This document shows positions 50,971 through 62,916 of a stretch of 64,000 nt of DNA, piece after piece (the first letter of the stretch is position 1; each line of letters begins with the position of its first letter). Below the pieces are notes generated by a model. The model did not search any database, was not told where the DNA came from, and saw only the letters and a list, made by a program, of their open reading frames with translations. The position numbers and the translations under genes are program-made. Source of the stretch: Podarcis filfolensis (taxonomy: Eukaryota); assembly GCA_964270895.1 (NCBI GenBank), contig OZ185437.1; one strand, written 5' to 3'.

Positions 50971-53900
50971 AAAACTGAAAGCAGCCCATATATTTTTCAT
51001 TTGCCGTCCAGCCAATGCATGAAGATTAGTACCAAGGGAGTGTGAAGGGCAAATATGAAATGCAATACAACAGAAGGCTGGTTTGGAAAGATAGGCACGC
51101 CCTTGTAGGGTTTGGCAAACAAGCCTATGATTAGCAGAAAAATCAAGTGATAACTATGCAACCAATAACCTTGTTCACACTGTAATAAAATCCTGTTGTT
51201 ACAGAGTCGCCACAGAGTCTTGGCAGGCATAAACACACCCACCCCACACACATAGCTTCCCTTCAGAAGAACAAACAAGCCCTCCCCTGTTCACAGGGTT
51301 CTAACAGTGGAAGAGGAGGAGCTCCTATGCTTCTGAACTCTGTGGCCAGCTGTGGAGGCAGGCATGTGCAAAGTCCGCCCAACAACCACTGCTGCTTACC
51401 TGCTGCGCTAATTACATCAATTCAATACCCATAATTCAAAATGCACTGATATAGGCCAGACTATGTATCGAGGAAAGCTAAACGTTGCACAGCATGCAGG
51501 TTTGCATGCATCTGCCCCAATGTGACATGCATTTTAGCAAAAGCAGCCAGAAGGAAACAAGACTCAAAGGAAACCCAATTGAACAAAGGCTGGAGTCCAT
51601 ACTAGGCAGGCAGGATGGCGCAGGTGAACAAATTCACACAGTGGCGCTCTCCCACATCAATGTCATTAGCTTCCTATTTGCGCCCAGGCTCAATTCAAAG
51701 TGCTGGTTCTAGCCATCAAAGCTCTAAACAGCTTAAGACCATGCCAGCTTGCAGTGATCTACAGGCTCGGGATGTTGTTGGACTGCAAAGCCCATCATCC
51801 TTGACCACTGGGCTAAGCCAGTGTTTGTGAAACCTGGTTAAAGTTACATAGTTACATCAACCTTGATGCAGAAGGCACACTACATCCCAACCAATGTTGA
51901 AAAGTGAAGACGGGGAAAATTTGCATGGGAGAATGGTTACGTGACGAGGAAGCATGATGCCTGCGCAAGGACTCTTGAGGCTATGTTCACATTTCCAGGC
52001 TTTCTGTAGCCCACCCTTCCTCCAGATCAGATCACAGGGCAGCTTACGATGCCACACATTCAGTGGCCAATGTTAAATAAAACAGAATTAACTCCAGACA
52101 CCCAGCATCAGCCAGCATCATCAGGATCCAGACTAAGTCAAGAACTACTGTGTTCACCGCACTCTTCAAGGACCTCATTACACTTTTAGAGAGAGAATGC
52201 AACTGCAATTACTATGGGCCTGAATCTGATTTTTAAAAGAAATCTCATTGCTCTGCAATTTCTGACTTTACATTACTTTTTTTTTTAATTGCTTTCACTT
52301 CTCCAAAACCAAGTTGATCTTAACTCTTTTTTATAGATATAAAAAGCACTGCAGCTATATTTAAATAGCAGATGAGGAGAGTTTTTGTTTTTACTGAGAC
52401 CAGTAAACCAGAAACAGAGAAAGGAGGGCCATATGAACTTTTAAGAGAAGGTATATTTTCAGGAAGGCTTGGTGAATCCTACATCCAGGATCACATTCTG
52501 TGCTCAGTGAATAGCCTATGCACACAGAGCCTGACAAATAGCACTGATCTTTATAGAACTAACTTATGTATCAGCCTGTTTAGGACTGGGATGCCAAAAC
52601 AAAGCTGAAATGCTTTGCCTGCTGTAAAAACTGGTATTTTAAGGGAGAACTCTTGCGCTTATACACTTCTTCCACCCCTTCTGTAGTATACAGTTACTCC
52701 TTCCTTCCTTCCTTGGCTGCAGGCAACCCATGGTTTTCTGTTCTGTCTAAGTCAATAAACTATGGTTTCCAAATGCTGGACTCTAAGGCAAGTGCAAGCC
52801 AGAGTTTGCTGGTTTATGCAAAACAGAAAACTATGGTTTGCCTCATACAAGGAAGGGAGGGAAGCACTGTACATGAGGGCAGAGGAGGTGGAAGCCACTG
52901 AGCCAGAGACTCCTTAAAGCCTCTTTCATATACTGCTAAACCATAGCTTGGCACTACTTTTAATCAGCCCAGTTCAACACTGAGAAAAATTATTTTGGGA
53001 GAAGCTTCTTTTAAAGACAACATCAGCAAACAGCTGTTCACAGTAGAAAGAGGAAACTGACTAAGATACCAAGCTAGTTTAAGTACACAGAGTGACTTTT
53101 GTGTTCCCACACCAAGCTAGAAGCAGATTACAGCACTCCCACCACCCCTGCTGAATTGTTTGAGTCAATTCATAAGCCTGGCCTGTCAAGTTTCAGACAC
53201 TGGTCATCCCCCTCCTGTGAATTCCTGACACATTTTGGAGACAACAGTTCAAAATATCTGCTGCATATACTTAGTTAACTGAAGGCTAAACCTTCTCAAC
53301 TCAACACAGAAGCATATATTTCCTATTTAAAGCTTGAGTGTGAGGAAATTCTAATGGGAAAGCTGCTACTACAGGATCATGAAGACACTTGTGGCACACA
53401 GCTTGATATCAATAATAAGTCTGATGTGCAGAGCCAAAAAAAGTTCCCCATCTCTGTCAGGCCTCCCCATTTAGCCTGTGAAACCATTCTGGCCAATCTT
53501 CACCCACCTGCTGTACAAGTGACATCATTTATCTGTTTAACCCACCAGATGGATCCAATTCCCCACCCCTGCCCTGGAGGAGAGCTTTCTACTCCTCACC
53601 TGCAAAAAAAAAGTGACAAAACACTTGAACTCAGAGAATTCTTGAAGAGTTCTTTCCATAGCTGATATAGAGAAGACAAAATAAGATTCAGCCCATGACA
53701 TCTGTCTTTTAAAGGTGCCAAGGACTCCTTCAGCTACAATCTGCAATTGTTCCACATCAGAACCATAAATGTCTACAACAACTCAGCAGACATTCCCATT
53801 AGTGAACATATTCAAGGAAGAGGAAGTATTCAGGAGGTCCCAACCTAAACAATGTGGATTAAAGTGTTTGCAAGCACAAAACTTATTTACAAGGGAGGGA

Positions 53901-55139
53901 GGAAGCATTCATAGCATTATTTCTTGTACTAACTCAGGGAAATGTTTACTTTGTTCCCTAGCTTTGAATCTGCTTCAAGTAAAATTGTATACTGCACAGG
54001 CCTGAGGTGCCTTGCCTTGCAGAAGCCAAGTTCCTTAACACTTTGCTACATAGACAGAAACGTTCAAAAGGCATATAGAAGTAGATCTCATCTTGGAGAA
54101 ATGAATACTAAGGAGAGGTGCCAACTCGAGCTATAAATAGGGAAGGTCACAAAAACAGCAGGGACGCATGTTGGCTGTCTATACACTCGCTACACCAAAC
54201 ATACCAGAGGGAAACTGATACCCTTTCATCATGCTACAGGGTTCAAGATGCTAGCGATTCCAGGGAGCTCAAAGAGGTGCAGAGAGGGTTCTTGGTCTGG
54301 TTCTAGATGTAGAAAAGTACCTTTAAAGAGCCAGGATTTCACAACCTTCAACTTTTCTCTCTGTTGTGTTATAGTGATGGGGAGGGGCAGGGGTGCCCCA
54401 CCTGGTGGAATCCTCCCTTTTAAACGTAAATCTTAAAAGGAGTAGTATCTCTTTGTAAACAAAATGTGTGCCCCAAGTATTTGGAGCAATACTGACTGGG
54501 CTAAGAGTCAACGGCTGAAAAACACTGCCATTAGCTGCTGTAATTTGAAAGCCACTTGTTTCTTGAATCATTTTATGCCATCTCTGACACCTTTCGAGTC
54601 ATTTTTGCAAAACAAAGACCATGTGGATAAACTTGCTACTGAAGGAAGCTATGCACACTTACCTTGGAGTGAAGTCCCATTAAACTCAACAGGGCTTACT
54701 TCCAAGCAGATATGCACAGGATAACACTGTTTAAAGGTTTGTATACAAAGAAAGAAGTGGGAGCTTTTGTGGGGAGGTACTCCTTGGATTTTTAAAAATG
54801 CATTATTGAGGGTTTTCAACTGCTGGTAGCCACCTTGGCTGATGGGCTGGGAAGATGGGCTGTGCATATGCCTGAAATACTGAACACGCTTTTATTCATA
54901 TTTAAAGCCTCTATTCAAGAGCTCCTAGTCTCATCTTGGACACACTCCTATCTCTTTGTATCGTTTTAAGTTTATATCCTGCTGCATCCCTGTCAATTTC
55001 CTTTAAAGTACATCATGTCTCTCTATTCAAGTACCAGCTTCCTGATGAATACAGTGAATGAGGCACCTAGTGCCCCTTTAGTTGATCTTTCAGATTAGGG
55101 AAAGCGAGGAACTTGCAGCACTTGCAGCCAGAGGTACTT

Positions 55140-55290
55140 GGCTATACAGTGCTAGAGCATCAACACTGCATGCAGAAAATCCCTGGTTCAATCCTTAGCA
55201 TCTCTAGGTAGGGCTGGGAAAATTTCCCTGCCATTGCCAGTCAGTGTGGATAATACTGAGCTAGATGGACTCAATTTAGGCAGCTTCTTT
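55140..55290 (+). mobile_element. tRNA-derived SINE with CR1-like tail (related copies 57195-57368 +, 27530-27650 -, 38268-38400 -, 8245-8320 -)
   Basis: B-box ggttcaatcc followed by gcatctc(t/c)aggtag...ccagtcagtgt..a.aatactgagctagatggac...ggcagcttc, shared among the five copies. Confidence 0.65.
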
Positions 55291-55895
55291 GCTTTCCTCA
55301 AAATAGAAGAGATTTAGCATTGAAATGCAGGGGATATGCAGACATTTCTAACCTAGCAGGTTCTCTTCTTTTCCTCCTTTCCCCTGCCCACTACCACTAA
55401 AGCCCAAAATGTCCTGCCATCTAAAATGCAAGTGTTCAGTCGGCATCCTGCTCCTTAAATCTTTGCACACACAAAGCAGCGGGCAACATTTATGCAATGG
55501 TTTCGTGCAATTGCCAGATGGCAAAATGAATTCCAGAGATTTGTAGGGCCCAGAACAGATAATAAATTTAGAAGGGGGCCAAAGTTCAAAATGATACCAC
55601 CTAGATCAGCGAATGGCACCTGAAATGAACCCTTAACACTCCATGCCACCCAAAACACACACCTCCCCCAGCAAATTCTAACTTGGCTTTGTAGTTCAGT
55701 CAAAACTACATACTATGTACTGCCAAGCAGTATCAGCTCAGACATTCAGTTTCAGCATCCCTGCTAAAAAGATAATCAGAAACCCTGTTTCTTCTACACA
55801 CAAACATCCATGAATGTGCATGATGCAGTTCACAGAAAACTGCCTGGTTTTTCAGAAGCATCTACATTCACAGTCTTATTCACCACCACAATTCA

Positions 55896-56042
<147 letters not shown>

Positions 56043-56724
56043 TCAATTTTGGCAGCAGAAAATTGGCTGGCAGTGCAATCCTATGCATGTCTGCAAAGAA
56101 CTAAGTCCCATTCTGTTCAACAATACTAGTTCTGTAATTACTTATGAATGTGTAAGAAAACATCCAGATCAATCCTAGTTGCTACCATGCCTCTAACTTT
56201 TAGAGCTAGATAAATTAGCCTGACAACCAATGTCTGATGACATCACAGAAGCCAAGCTGGAAGAAAGATGATTTTTTGTTGTTTGAAGGCAGAATTGCAA
56301 GGGGTGTGTGGAACATGCACAAATTTAGAAAGGTTGCATAACTTGTCTAAATTAAACAGCTTGAATATTTCCATTTGACCAATTATAGAATTTTGATTCT
56401 GGCGTCGATGTCTTCAAATCACAGAATACACAACATCCATTTCCTGCACTAAGTAATTCCCCAAGCTGTGCCAGTTACTTAGTTATGTCTGGTATAGTTT
56501 GTTAGTGGTAGATCTCTTTAGGTGGGTGATCTGGTCCCTGATGCAGTTACAGCATCTGGATTACACTATTTCTTTCTCTCTCTCCCTCCCTCCCTTACAC
56601 ATACACAAGATAAGAAAAGAACGTTGCACCATGAGTACAAATACAAAATTTTAAAAATAAAATTTAAGTACTATTAGGGCCAGGTCTATAGGGGTACACT
56701 GGCACCCAATCATTCTGACACTGC

Positions 56725-56934
56725 TGGGGTGTGACCTATAAAGCCTATAGTGGCTTGGGACAAGACTACCTAAAAGATCACCTGCCTAGACTCAGAGTTC
56801 ATCCAGAGAGAGCCCTCTTCTCTATCCCTCCAGCATCTGAAGGGCTATTGGAAAGAACTCAAAAAAGCACCATCTCAACCAGAATTTTGGAACTCGCTAC
56901 AAGGTAGAACTCCCTTCACTGATGGTGTTTAGCT
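56725..56934 (+). mobile_element. L2-like LINE fragment abutting an assembly gap
   Basis: gacctataaagcctatagtggcttgggacaagactacctaaaagatcacc resembles the same L2 segment seen at 41150-41210. Confidence 0.55.
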
Positions 56935-57134
56935 NNNNNNNNNNNNNNNNNNNNNNNNNNNNNNNNNNNNNNNNNNNNNNNNNNNNNNNNNNNNNNNNNN
57001 NNNNNNNNNNNNNNNNNNNNNNNNNNNNNNNNNNNNNNNNNNNNNNNNNNNNNNNNNNNNNNNNNNNNNNNNNNNNNNNNNNNNNNNNNNNNNNNNNNNN
57101 NNNNNNNNNNNNNNNNNNNNNNNNNNNNNNNNNN
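56935..57134. other. Assembly gap (200 N)
   Basis: Run of n, flanked by L2 and SINE fragments; intronic in COQ8A. Confidence 1.
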
Positions 57135-58710
57135 GTTAAGAGGTTCAGCTCTTTTCCTTTCAAACTCAGAGGAGTTGTGCACTGCAGCACTTGTGGACGA
57201 GTATACTATAAAGCATCTGCTTTGCATGCAAAAGGGCCTGGATTCAATTCTTTTGCATCTCCAGGTAGTTAGGAAGGACACCTGTCTGGATCCCTGAAGA
57301 CCCACTTGCCCGTCAGTGATGAGCTAGATTGACCAATGATCTGACTCAATATAAGGCAGCTTCATGTGTACTGGACTGATTTGTTTGTTTGGTTTTTTCT
57401 TCTGATGCTGCTCTGTTTTAATTTGTATTTCTGTTTTAAATTATGTTTTTAACTAGCTGCCAAAAAAAATCTGCAAAGAAACATAGGAAACTCCACTAAA
57501 CCAGGTCAGACTATTTGCTTCGGGAGATTAGTACAGCACAGTCTAGTCCAGTGTTCCACTTTAAGCTAGGATTTTCTGCTTTAGAAAAATTACTCAACTT
57601 CCAGCAGACAGAATCGTCTCTTAAGAGGAAATGGCAAGGCAGAGGGGGGTGGCAAGCAAACCTGGGTTGCACCTGTTCTGAATTTCAGCTGGAGGAGCAC
57701 AAGAACACACGACAACAAGTACAACTTCTTAACCATCCCAAGCATTTAGCAGAGTATTGAGTGTCCAGTAAAGGGAAGGTGAACACCTGTTAAACATTAA
57801 AAAGCAAAGGTCTATTTCTAGGGGTGCATTTTGAACTCTCTAAACAAATGAACAGTTGCTAGCCCGCCTTGCTTAATTGCAATAGGACATTTACAATACA
57901 GCTCTCTTCACTTTGAAAAGCAGAGCTGAACAAAAAATGTGGTTATCATCTATTTTAACTCCTCTCTCTAGTCTGCCTTTCAGTCGAGCAGACCTGCAAG
58001 AGGGCTGACAGTATAAAAGCAACAATAAACCAACTTTTTTAATGGGAAACAATTCATATGTTAAGTTAAAATAAACAGACAACCAATAAAACAAAACAAG
58101 TTACAACTACAAACCAAAGAAACCAGTTACATCTTTTCGGCTCACCGAAAGGTAACTGAAAAGGGAGCAAAGAGAACCTACTGAGGAAAGACATCTCCAC
58201 ACATTCAGCATTCTCTGATTAACATGGTGTTAATCTTGGGAGTCTGTACATCCCTCCAGTAAATGGAAGCCCATCTGAGTGTCATACAAGGCATGTACCA
58301 CATTGAGATTATTCCAAGGAAAATAATAGGTTAAGAAAGCCACAGGCTTTGGCAAGTTATTGAGTTTCCCCACCTGTTAAAATGGGAAGATTAAATTTAA
58401 AGAGTGTCCTCTCAAAATTGTTACTGAAATGCGTGGCCTGGTTTCCCGAAGTGACCTGGGAGAAAAGGAACTTGCATTTTCTTGGCACATTTCCCATGCG
58501 GTTACCAGTTGAGCAGCAGACATGTCTTAAAGATAAATTAAAAACAAAGGAAAATAATGCACTGCTCCCACTACTACCCAGACATGTTCATCATGCAAAA
58601 AGTTTGGTAGGGCAGGGTTTTGTTTTGTTTTTTTAAAAAGGATAACCTGCTTTTTAAAAAACAACAACAAAAAACTCCTATTTTCCAGTGGTGTTACACA
58701 GCCTACATAC

Positions 58711-59127
58711 CATCTGTTTGTACGGTTTCTGTTGTGGATCTGCTTTCGCCTGCCTGGCTTTGTCAATATCTTCAGCCGTGAGTCCGCCCACCGAGGAATG
58801 GTCTTGGTGAAAAGCCCGGCTTTGCCCCCAAGCAGGAGCAGAAGGATTCCAAGGGTCCCTAAAGCCTCCAAAGAGCTTTGCATTCACTTTGGCAGAGATG
58901 GGGTTCCAACCCACACTAGGGTCTCCGCTCTCACCGACGTTTGGTAAAGGTCCTCTGGCAACGTACGAGTGAGATGGGCCCTCTGCACCACCAGACTTGG
59001 GAGGGTGTTCTAGAGGGGGAGGGTAGACGTCCTTTGCAGCACCTCCCAGCTCCGATTCAGAGAAGCTCTCGTCTTTTCCAAAGTCCTCACCAATATCTTT
59101 CAAGTTCTCCTGTTGCTTGCCCAGATC
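58711..59127 (-). CDS. COQ8A: COQ8A coding exon 2 of 14 (DLGKQQENLK...RAFHQDHSSVGGLTAEDIDKARQAKADPQQKPYKQM)
   Basis: 417 nt, acceptor ctgtttgcag, donor GTATGT. The conserved FHQDxSxVGGLTAEDIxKARQAK motif follows a divergent N-terminal part. Confidence 0.93.
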
Positions 59128-59300
59128 CTGCAAACAGAACATTGAAAGGTGTTTTTCCTCAGCCAAAAAATAAGGTGTAAACTGCTCTCACAGTCACTCA
59201 CACTGCTCCCTTCTTGAAAAGACAAAACACTTTCCACACACCTACAAATTCTGATATTTCAATGTCTTGTGTTGTGAACAGCCCCAAGATCTATGGGTGG

Positions 59301-59301
<1 letters not shown>

Positions 59302-59333
<32 letters not shown>
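59302..59333. repeat. (AAT)n microsatellite
   Basis: Directly visible, ~10-11 units. Confidence 0.95.
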
Positions 59334-61510
59334 TACTCTTGTTTGTATCAGCAAACATTTTTAGAGAATTGGTCCGAATCAGTGTTGGTCATTCCTGTAT
59401 TTTAAGATTTTATAATTAAGACTTTTACAGTAATGATTTTATAATCATTATTATAATACAGTGTCTTGATATCTGTAACATTTAGTGGTTTATAAATACA
59501 CTTACATATAAAGGAACCAAAATGTATGCAATATGCTGATAATTCACTCCAAGTGATGGAGCCACCGCCACCACCCCTTCTCTACAGCCAACACTTTTGG
59601 AATTTGTACTCCACCGACCCCAATTCCTGTCTTCATTTATCCCTCACTTCCCGAATGCTTCCTGAAACAGGGTTGCTTCATCGCGCAGCATGACAGGACC
59701 AGGTGTGCCACTTCCGTCAGTATGCCTCCTTGGAAGCAGAAACCGTTTTGCACAAATGTGCTTAATGGTGTACATCAACCTATGTTTCTATTGAGTGGGA
59801 TCCAGAGAGCTCCTTCTGCGATTCAGTGGAAGCTTCTGCTTGAGGAAAGAGATAGGCAATCATCTCCATTCCCCATGCAGTCCCACCCACCCCATCACCT
59901 CTCGCACAGTTCCAGGGGGCCTTGGATTTTTTCAGAGCAGCTTTTCGGGGTGGGCAGTGGGAAGGAGGAATCAGCAACAGTCACTTCCCTCCTGACCTCC
60001 TTCCTTCAGCAGAGCACCCATCGAACGGAACGGCACTCGTGGAAACTTTGGATTCAACCCACTGCACAACAACGAATTGCTATTCTTACTATTTTGAGAC
60101 GTTGTAGAACTCAGCAGTTTTATCAATGGATTAGGTGGGCCACATACTGCCAGGAAACAGGCATAATCCCGATTGAAAGAGAGCTATGAAGAGAACAGCC
60201 ATCCTAGCCATTCCCAATCTAGTGCATCCAAATATTTTGGACTACAGGTCCCACCAGCCCCAACCAGAACAGCTGTATGATGCTGGGGCTGAAGGGAACC
60301 GTAGTCCAAACATCTGGAAGGCATTAGGTTGAGGAAGTCTAGCCTAGCAGTTCCCCTTCATATCTCTCTTTCAGTCTACATAGGCTAACCCTATTCTGTG
60401 ACCATGGGCCATTGGTGTAAAAATCTAGTATGTTTCATGCACACAACAAATAATATATTTACATGTATCAGCTGGTTAATGTGCTTGTGACTGAAGAGAA
60501 GCACTGAGCAGTGTTGATTAGGACAGCCATTTTATAAAACATTTGTTTTCAAGTAACATGTTCAGTGCTTCCAAAGATTTGTATCATGATTCAGACACCA
60601 CCTAGATTTCTTTCACAATAGGAGACTCTCTCCAGTTTCCCTTCTTTTTTTCCAAACCTTTGGCAAAGATTTCTCTGAAAATATGAAAGCCTTTTTTTTT
60701 AAGGAAGAGTAATAATAAATTGAAAGGTCTTTATATTCTACATTGTGAGAACTAGGTGTCCCGGTAACAGATTTTTCCAGAATGCCATTTAACAACACCT
60801 CTTGGCCGATTTAACTACACCGCCACAGAGGTAACACAATGGAAACACTTCTCTTCCAACATTAATAAAAAATAGTTTAGAAAAGGCTACAAGTATCAGA
60901 AGTTGGCAGGAACACCACCAAAAACAAAGAGTAATTTACTGGAAAACACTTCACATTTCCACCCCCCACCCCCCAGTAGGAAACAAAAATAACTACAGGT
61001 TTTTTAGGCAGACATTGCACATCCATGGAAAAAGCAGCTTCCCTCTTCTCTAAGCAACTGCGTTTCCTGTAATCAATGCGTACTTTTAAAATTTTAGCTA
61101 GCTGCTATGGAGAGCACAAGCAGAACCTGCATCTAAAAGGGGCACCAACAGACATAGCCACTGAGGTTAGGGTTTCTTGTTGCTCAATTTCTTTCTCCTT
61201 GTGTCACCTTCTATTCTACTTTAATTCACCTCTCTGATTCTTGCCCTTCCTGATATCAACTTGCCTGAAATCAAAGTAATATGTACTTTCAAAAGGGCAT
61301 GTGATTTATTTAAATATTGTTTTTAGAGTTGTATGATGCCGAGAAAGCCTGTGGGATGATAAATGTGAGATATAAATTTTAAGAAACAAACGAAACAAAA
61401 GATCCAGCAATAAGATATTTCCATTACAATTACCCAAATTCACAGCGTGCAAAAGGTTTCACCAGATCTTTAAACAACAGCACCTTCAGTTATTTCAACT
61501 TTCTAGAATA

Positions 61511-61723
61511 CAATGGTACCTCTGGTTACGAACTCAATTCGTTCCGGAGGTCCGTTCTTAAGCTGAAACTGTTCTTATCCTGAGGCGAGCTTTCACTAAT
61601 GGGGCTTCCTGCTGCGTGCGCGCCTCCCGCTCACATCTCGGGGCAAACTTTGCAACCAGGAGCAGCTACCTCCGAGTTAGCGGAGCTCGTAACCTGAAGT
61701 GTACGTAACCAGAGGTACAACTG
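61511..61723. mobile_element. Tc1/mariner (Tigger/pogo-like) MITE, 213 bp
   Basis: TIRs caatggtacctctggttacg / cgtaaccagaggtacaactg (18/20), TA at 61509-61510 and 61724-61725; CpG-rich. Confidence 0.85.
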
Positions 61724-61991
61724 TAGTGAGACTACAGCAGCCATTGGTCAGTTATTGCTGTACTACAACTCCCAAGACCCCTGTCTGTTGGCCATGCTTT
61801 CTGATGTAGTTCAGCAACATCTGGAGAACTACCCTGGATTAGAGGGACACATAAATTGACAACTGCTACAGGCTGCAGTCCTCAATTTACTTCCAGTTAA
61901 ATGTGTATATGATTGCAACCTCACATGCTTTTCGCTGACAAGAGACTGGGAAAGAAACCAAAAACAGGCTAAATGCTTATTGATATGACGG

Positions 61992-62022
61992 TGCGCGCGC
62001 ACACACACATACACACACACAC
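61992..62022. repeat. (GC)n(AC)n dinucleotide microsatellite just inside the intron after COQ8A first coding exon
   Basis: gtgcgcgcgcacacacacatacacacacacac. Confidence 0.9.
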
Positions 62023-62028
62023 TCTTAC

Positions 62029-62205
62029 CTGCATTTTCCCCATGGCAGCACTGAACTGCTCTTCAGCAGTGGCCTGGAAGCTCCTGACCATGGTTACTGC
62101 ATCACCACCAAGGACAACTTGCCGAAGCTGTACCGTCTGTGTTTCTAGAACTGCCTTGCTGAGCTTTGCCAGTCCTCGCATCACCATGATGGCATCGCCT
62201 GCCAT
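62029..62205 (-). CDS. COQ8A: COQ8A first coding exon (MAGDAIMVMRGLAKLSKAVLETQTVQLRQVVLGGDAVTMVRSFQATAEEQFSAAMGKMQ), mitochondrial-targeting region
   Basis: ATG at 62205-62203, donor GTAAGA at 62028; 177 nt, the same size as recalled for human. Acceptor candidates ttctgttttccAG (62225-62224) or gatcAG (62209-62208) imply an upstream non-coding exon. Summed CDS 1953 nt with no internal stop. Confidence 0.93.
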
Positions 62206-62238
62206 GACTGATCACTTCCAGTGCTGGAAAACAGAACC

Positions 62239-62281
<43 letters not shown>

Positions 62282-62330
62282 CTTTGTTGTCATTGTACAA
62301 CCTGTGTACAATGAAATTAAAAGAGCCTCC
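62239..62330 (-). mobile_element. Short LINE 3' end (Rex1/Babar-like) with (TAT)14 tail
   Basis: Minus strand reads ...atttcattgtacacaggttgtacaatgacaacaaagg then (TAT)n. The ttgtaca..tgtacaatgacaa(t/c)aaa end resembles Rex1-type termini; family assignment is by recall. Confidence 0.55.
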
Positions 62331-62398
62331 CTCCCTGCCCCCAAACACTTATAACCAACAGTTATATGCAGTACAGCAAAACCAAAGGACTATCTTGC

Positions 62399-62645
62399 AG
62401 GTAAAGGTAAAGGAACCCTGACCGTTAGGTCCAGTTGCGGAAGACTCTGGGGTTGCGGCGCTCATCTTGCTTTACTGGCTGAGGGAGCCGGCGTACAGCT
62501 TCCAGGTCATGTGGCCAGCATGATTAAGCCGCTTCTGGTGAACCAGAGCAGAGCATGGAAACGCCGTTTAACTTCCCACCGGAGCGGTACCTATTTATCT
62601 ACTTGCACTTTGTGCTTTCGAACTGCTAGGTTGGCAGGAGCAGGG
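62399..62645 (-). mobile_element. Sauria SINE (Bov-B-related tail), partial
   Basis: aggtaaaggtaaagg = reverse of the (ACCTTT)n tail; body ...ggtcatgtggccagcatgac/t...gagcggtacctatttatctact... recalled as Sauria SINE. Supports squamate origin. Confidence 0.8.
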
Positions 62646-62657
62646 CTCTTCCAAGCA

Positions 62658-62916
62658 CCGTATTTTTTGCTCTATAAGACTCACTTTTTCCCTCCTAAAA
62701 AGTAAGGGGAAATGTGTGTGCGTCTTATGGAGCGAATGCAGGCTGCGCAGCTATCCCAGAAGCCAGAACAGCAAGAGGGATTGTTGCTTTCGCTGTGCAG
62801 TGACCCCTCTTGCTGTTCTGGCTTCTGGGATTCAGAATATTTTTTGTCTTGCTTTCCTTCTCCAAAAACTAGGTGCGTCTTATGGTCTGGTGCATCTTAT
62901 AGAGCGAAAAATACGG
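62658..62916. mobile_element. Tc1/mariner Tc2-type MITE, 259 bp
   Basis: TIRs ccgtattttttgctctataaga / tcttatagagcgaaaaatacgg; TA on the right (62917-62918), CA on the left. CCGTAT ends are characteristic of Tc2-like elements. Confidence 0.8.
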
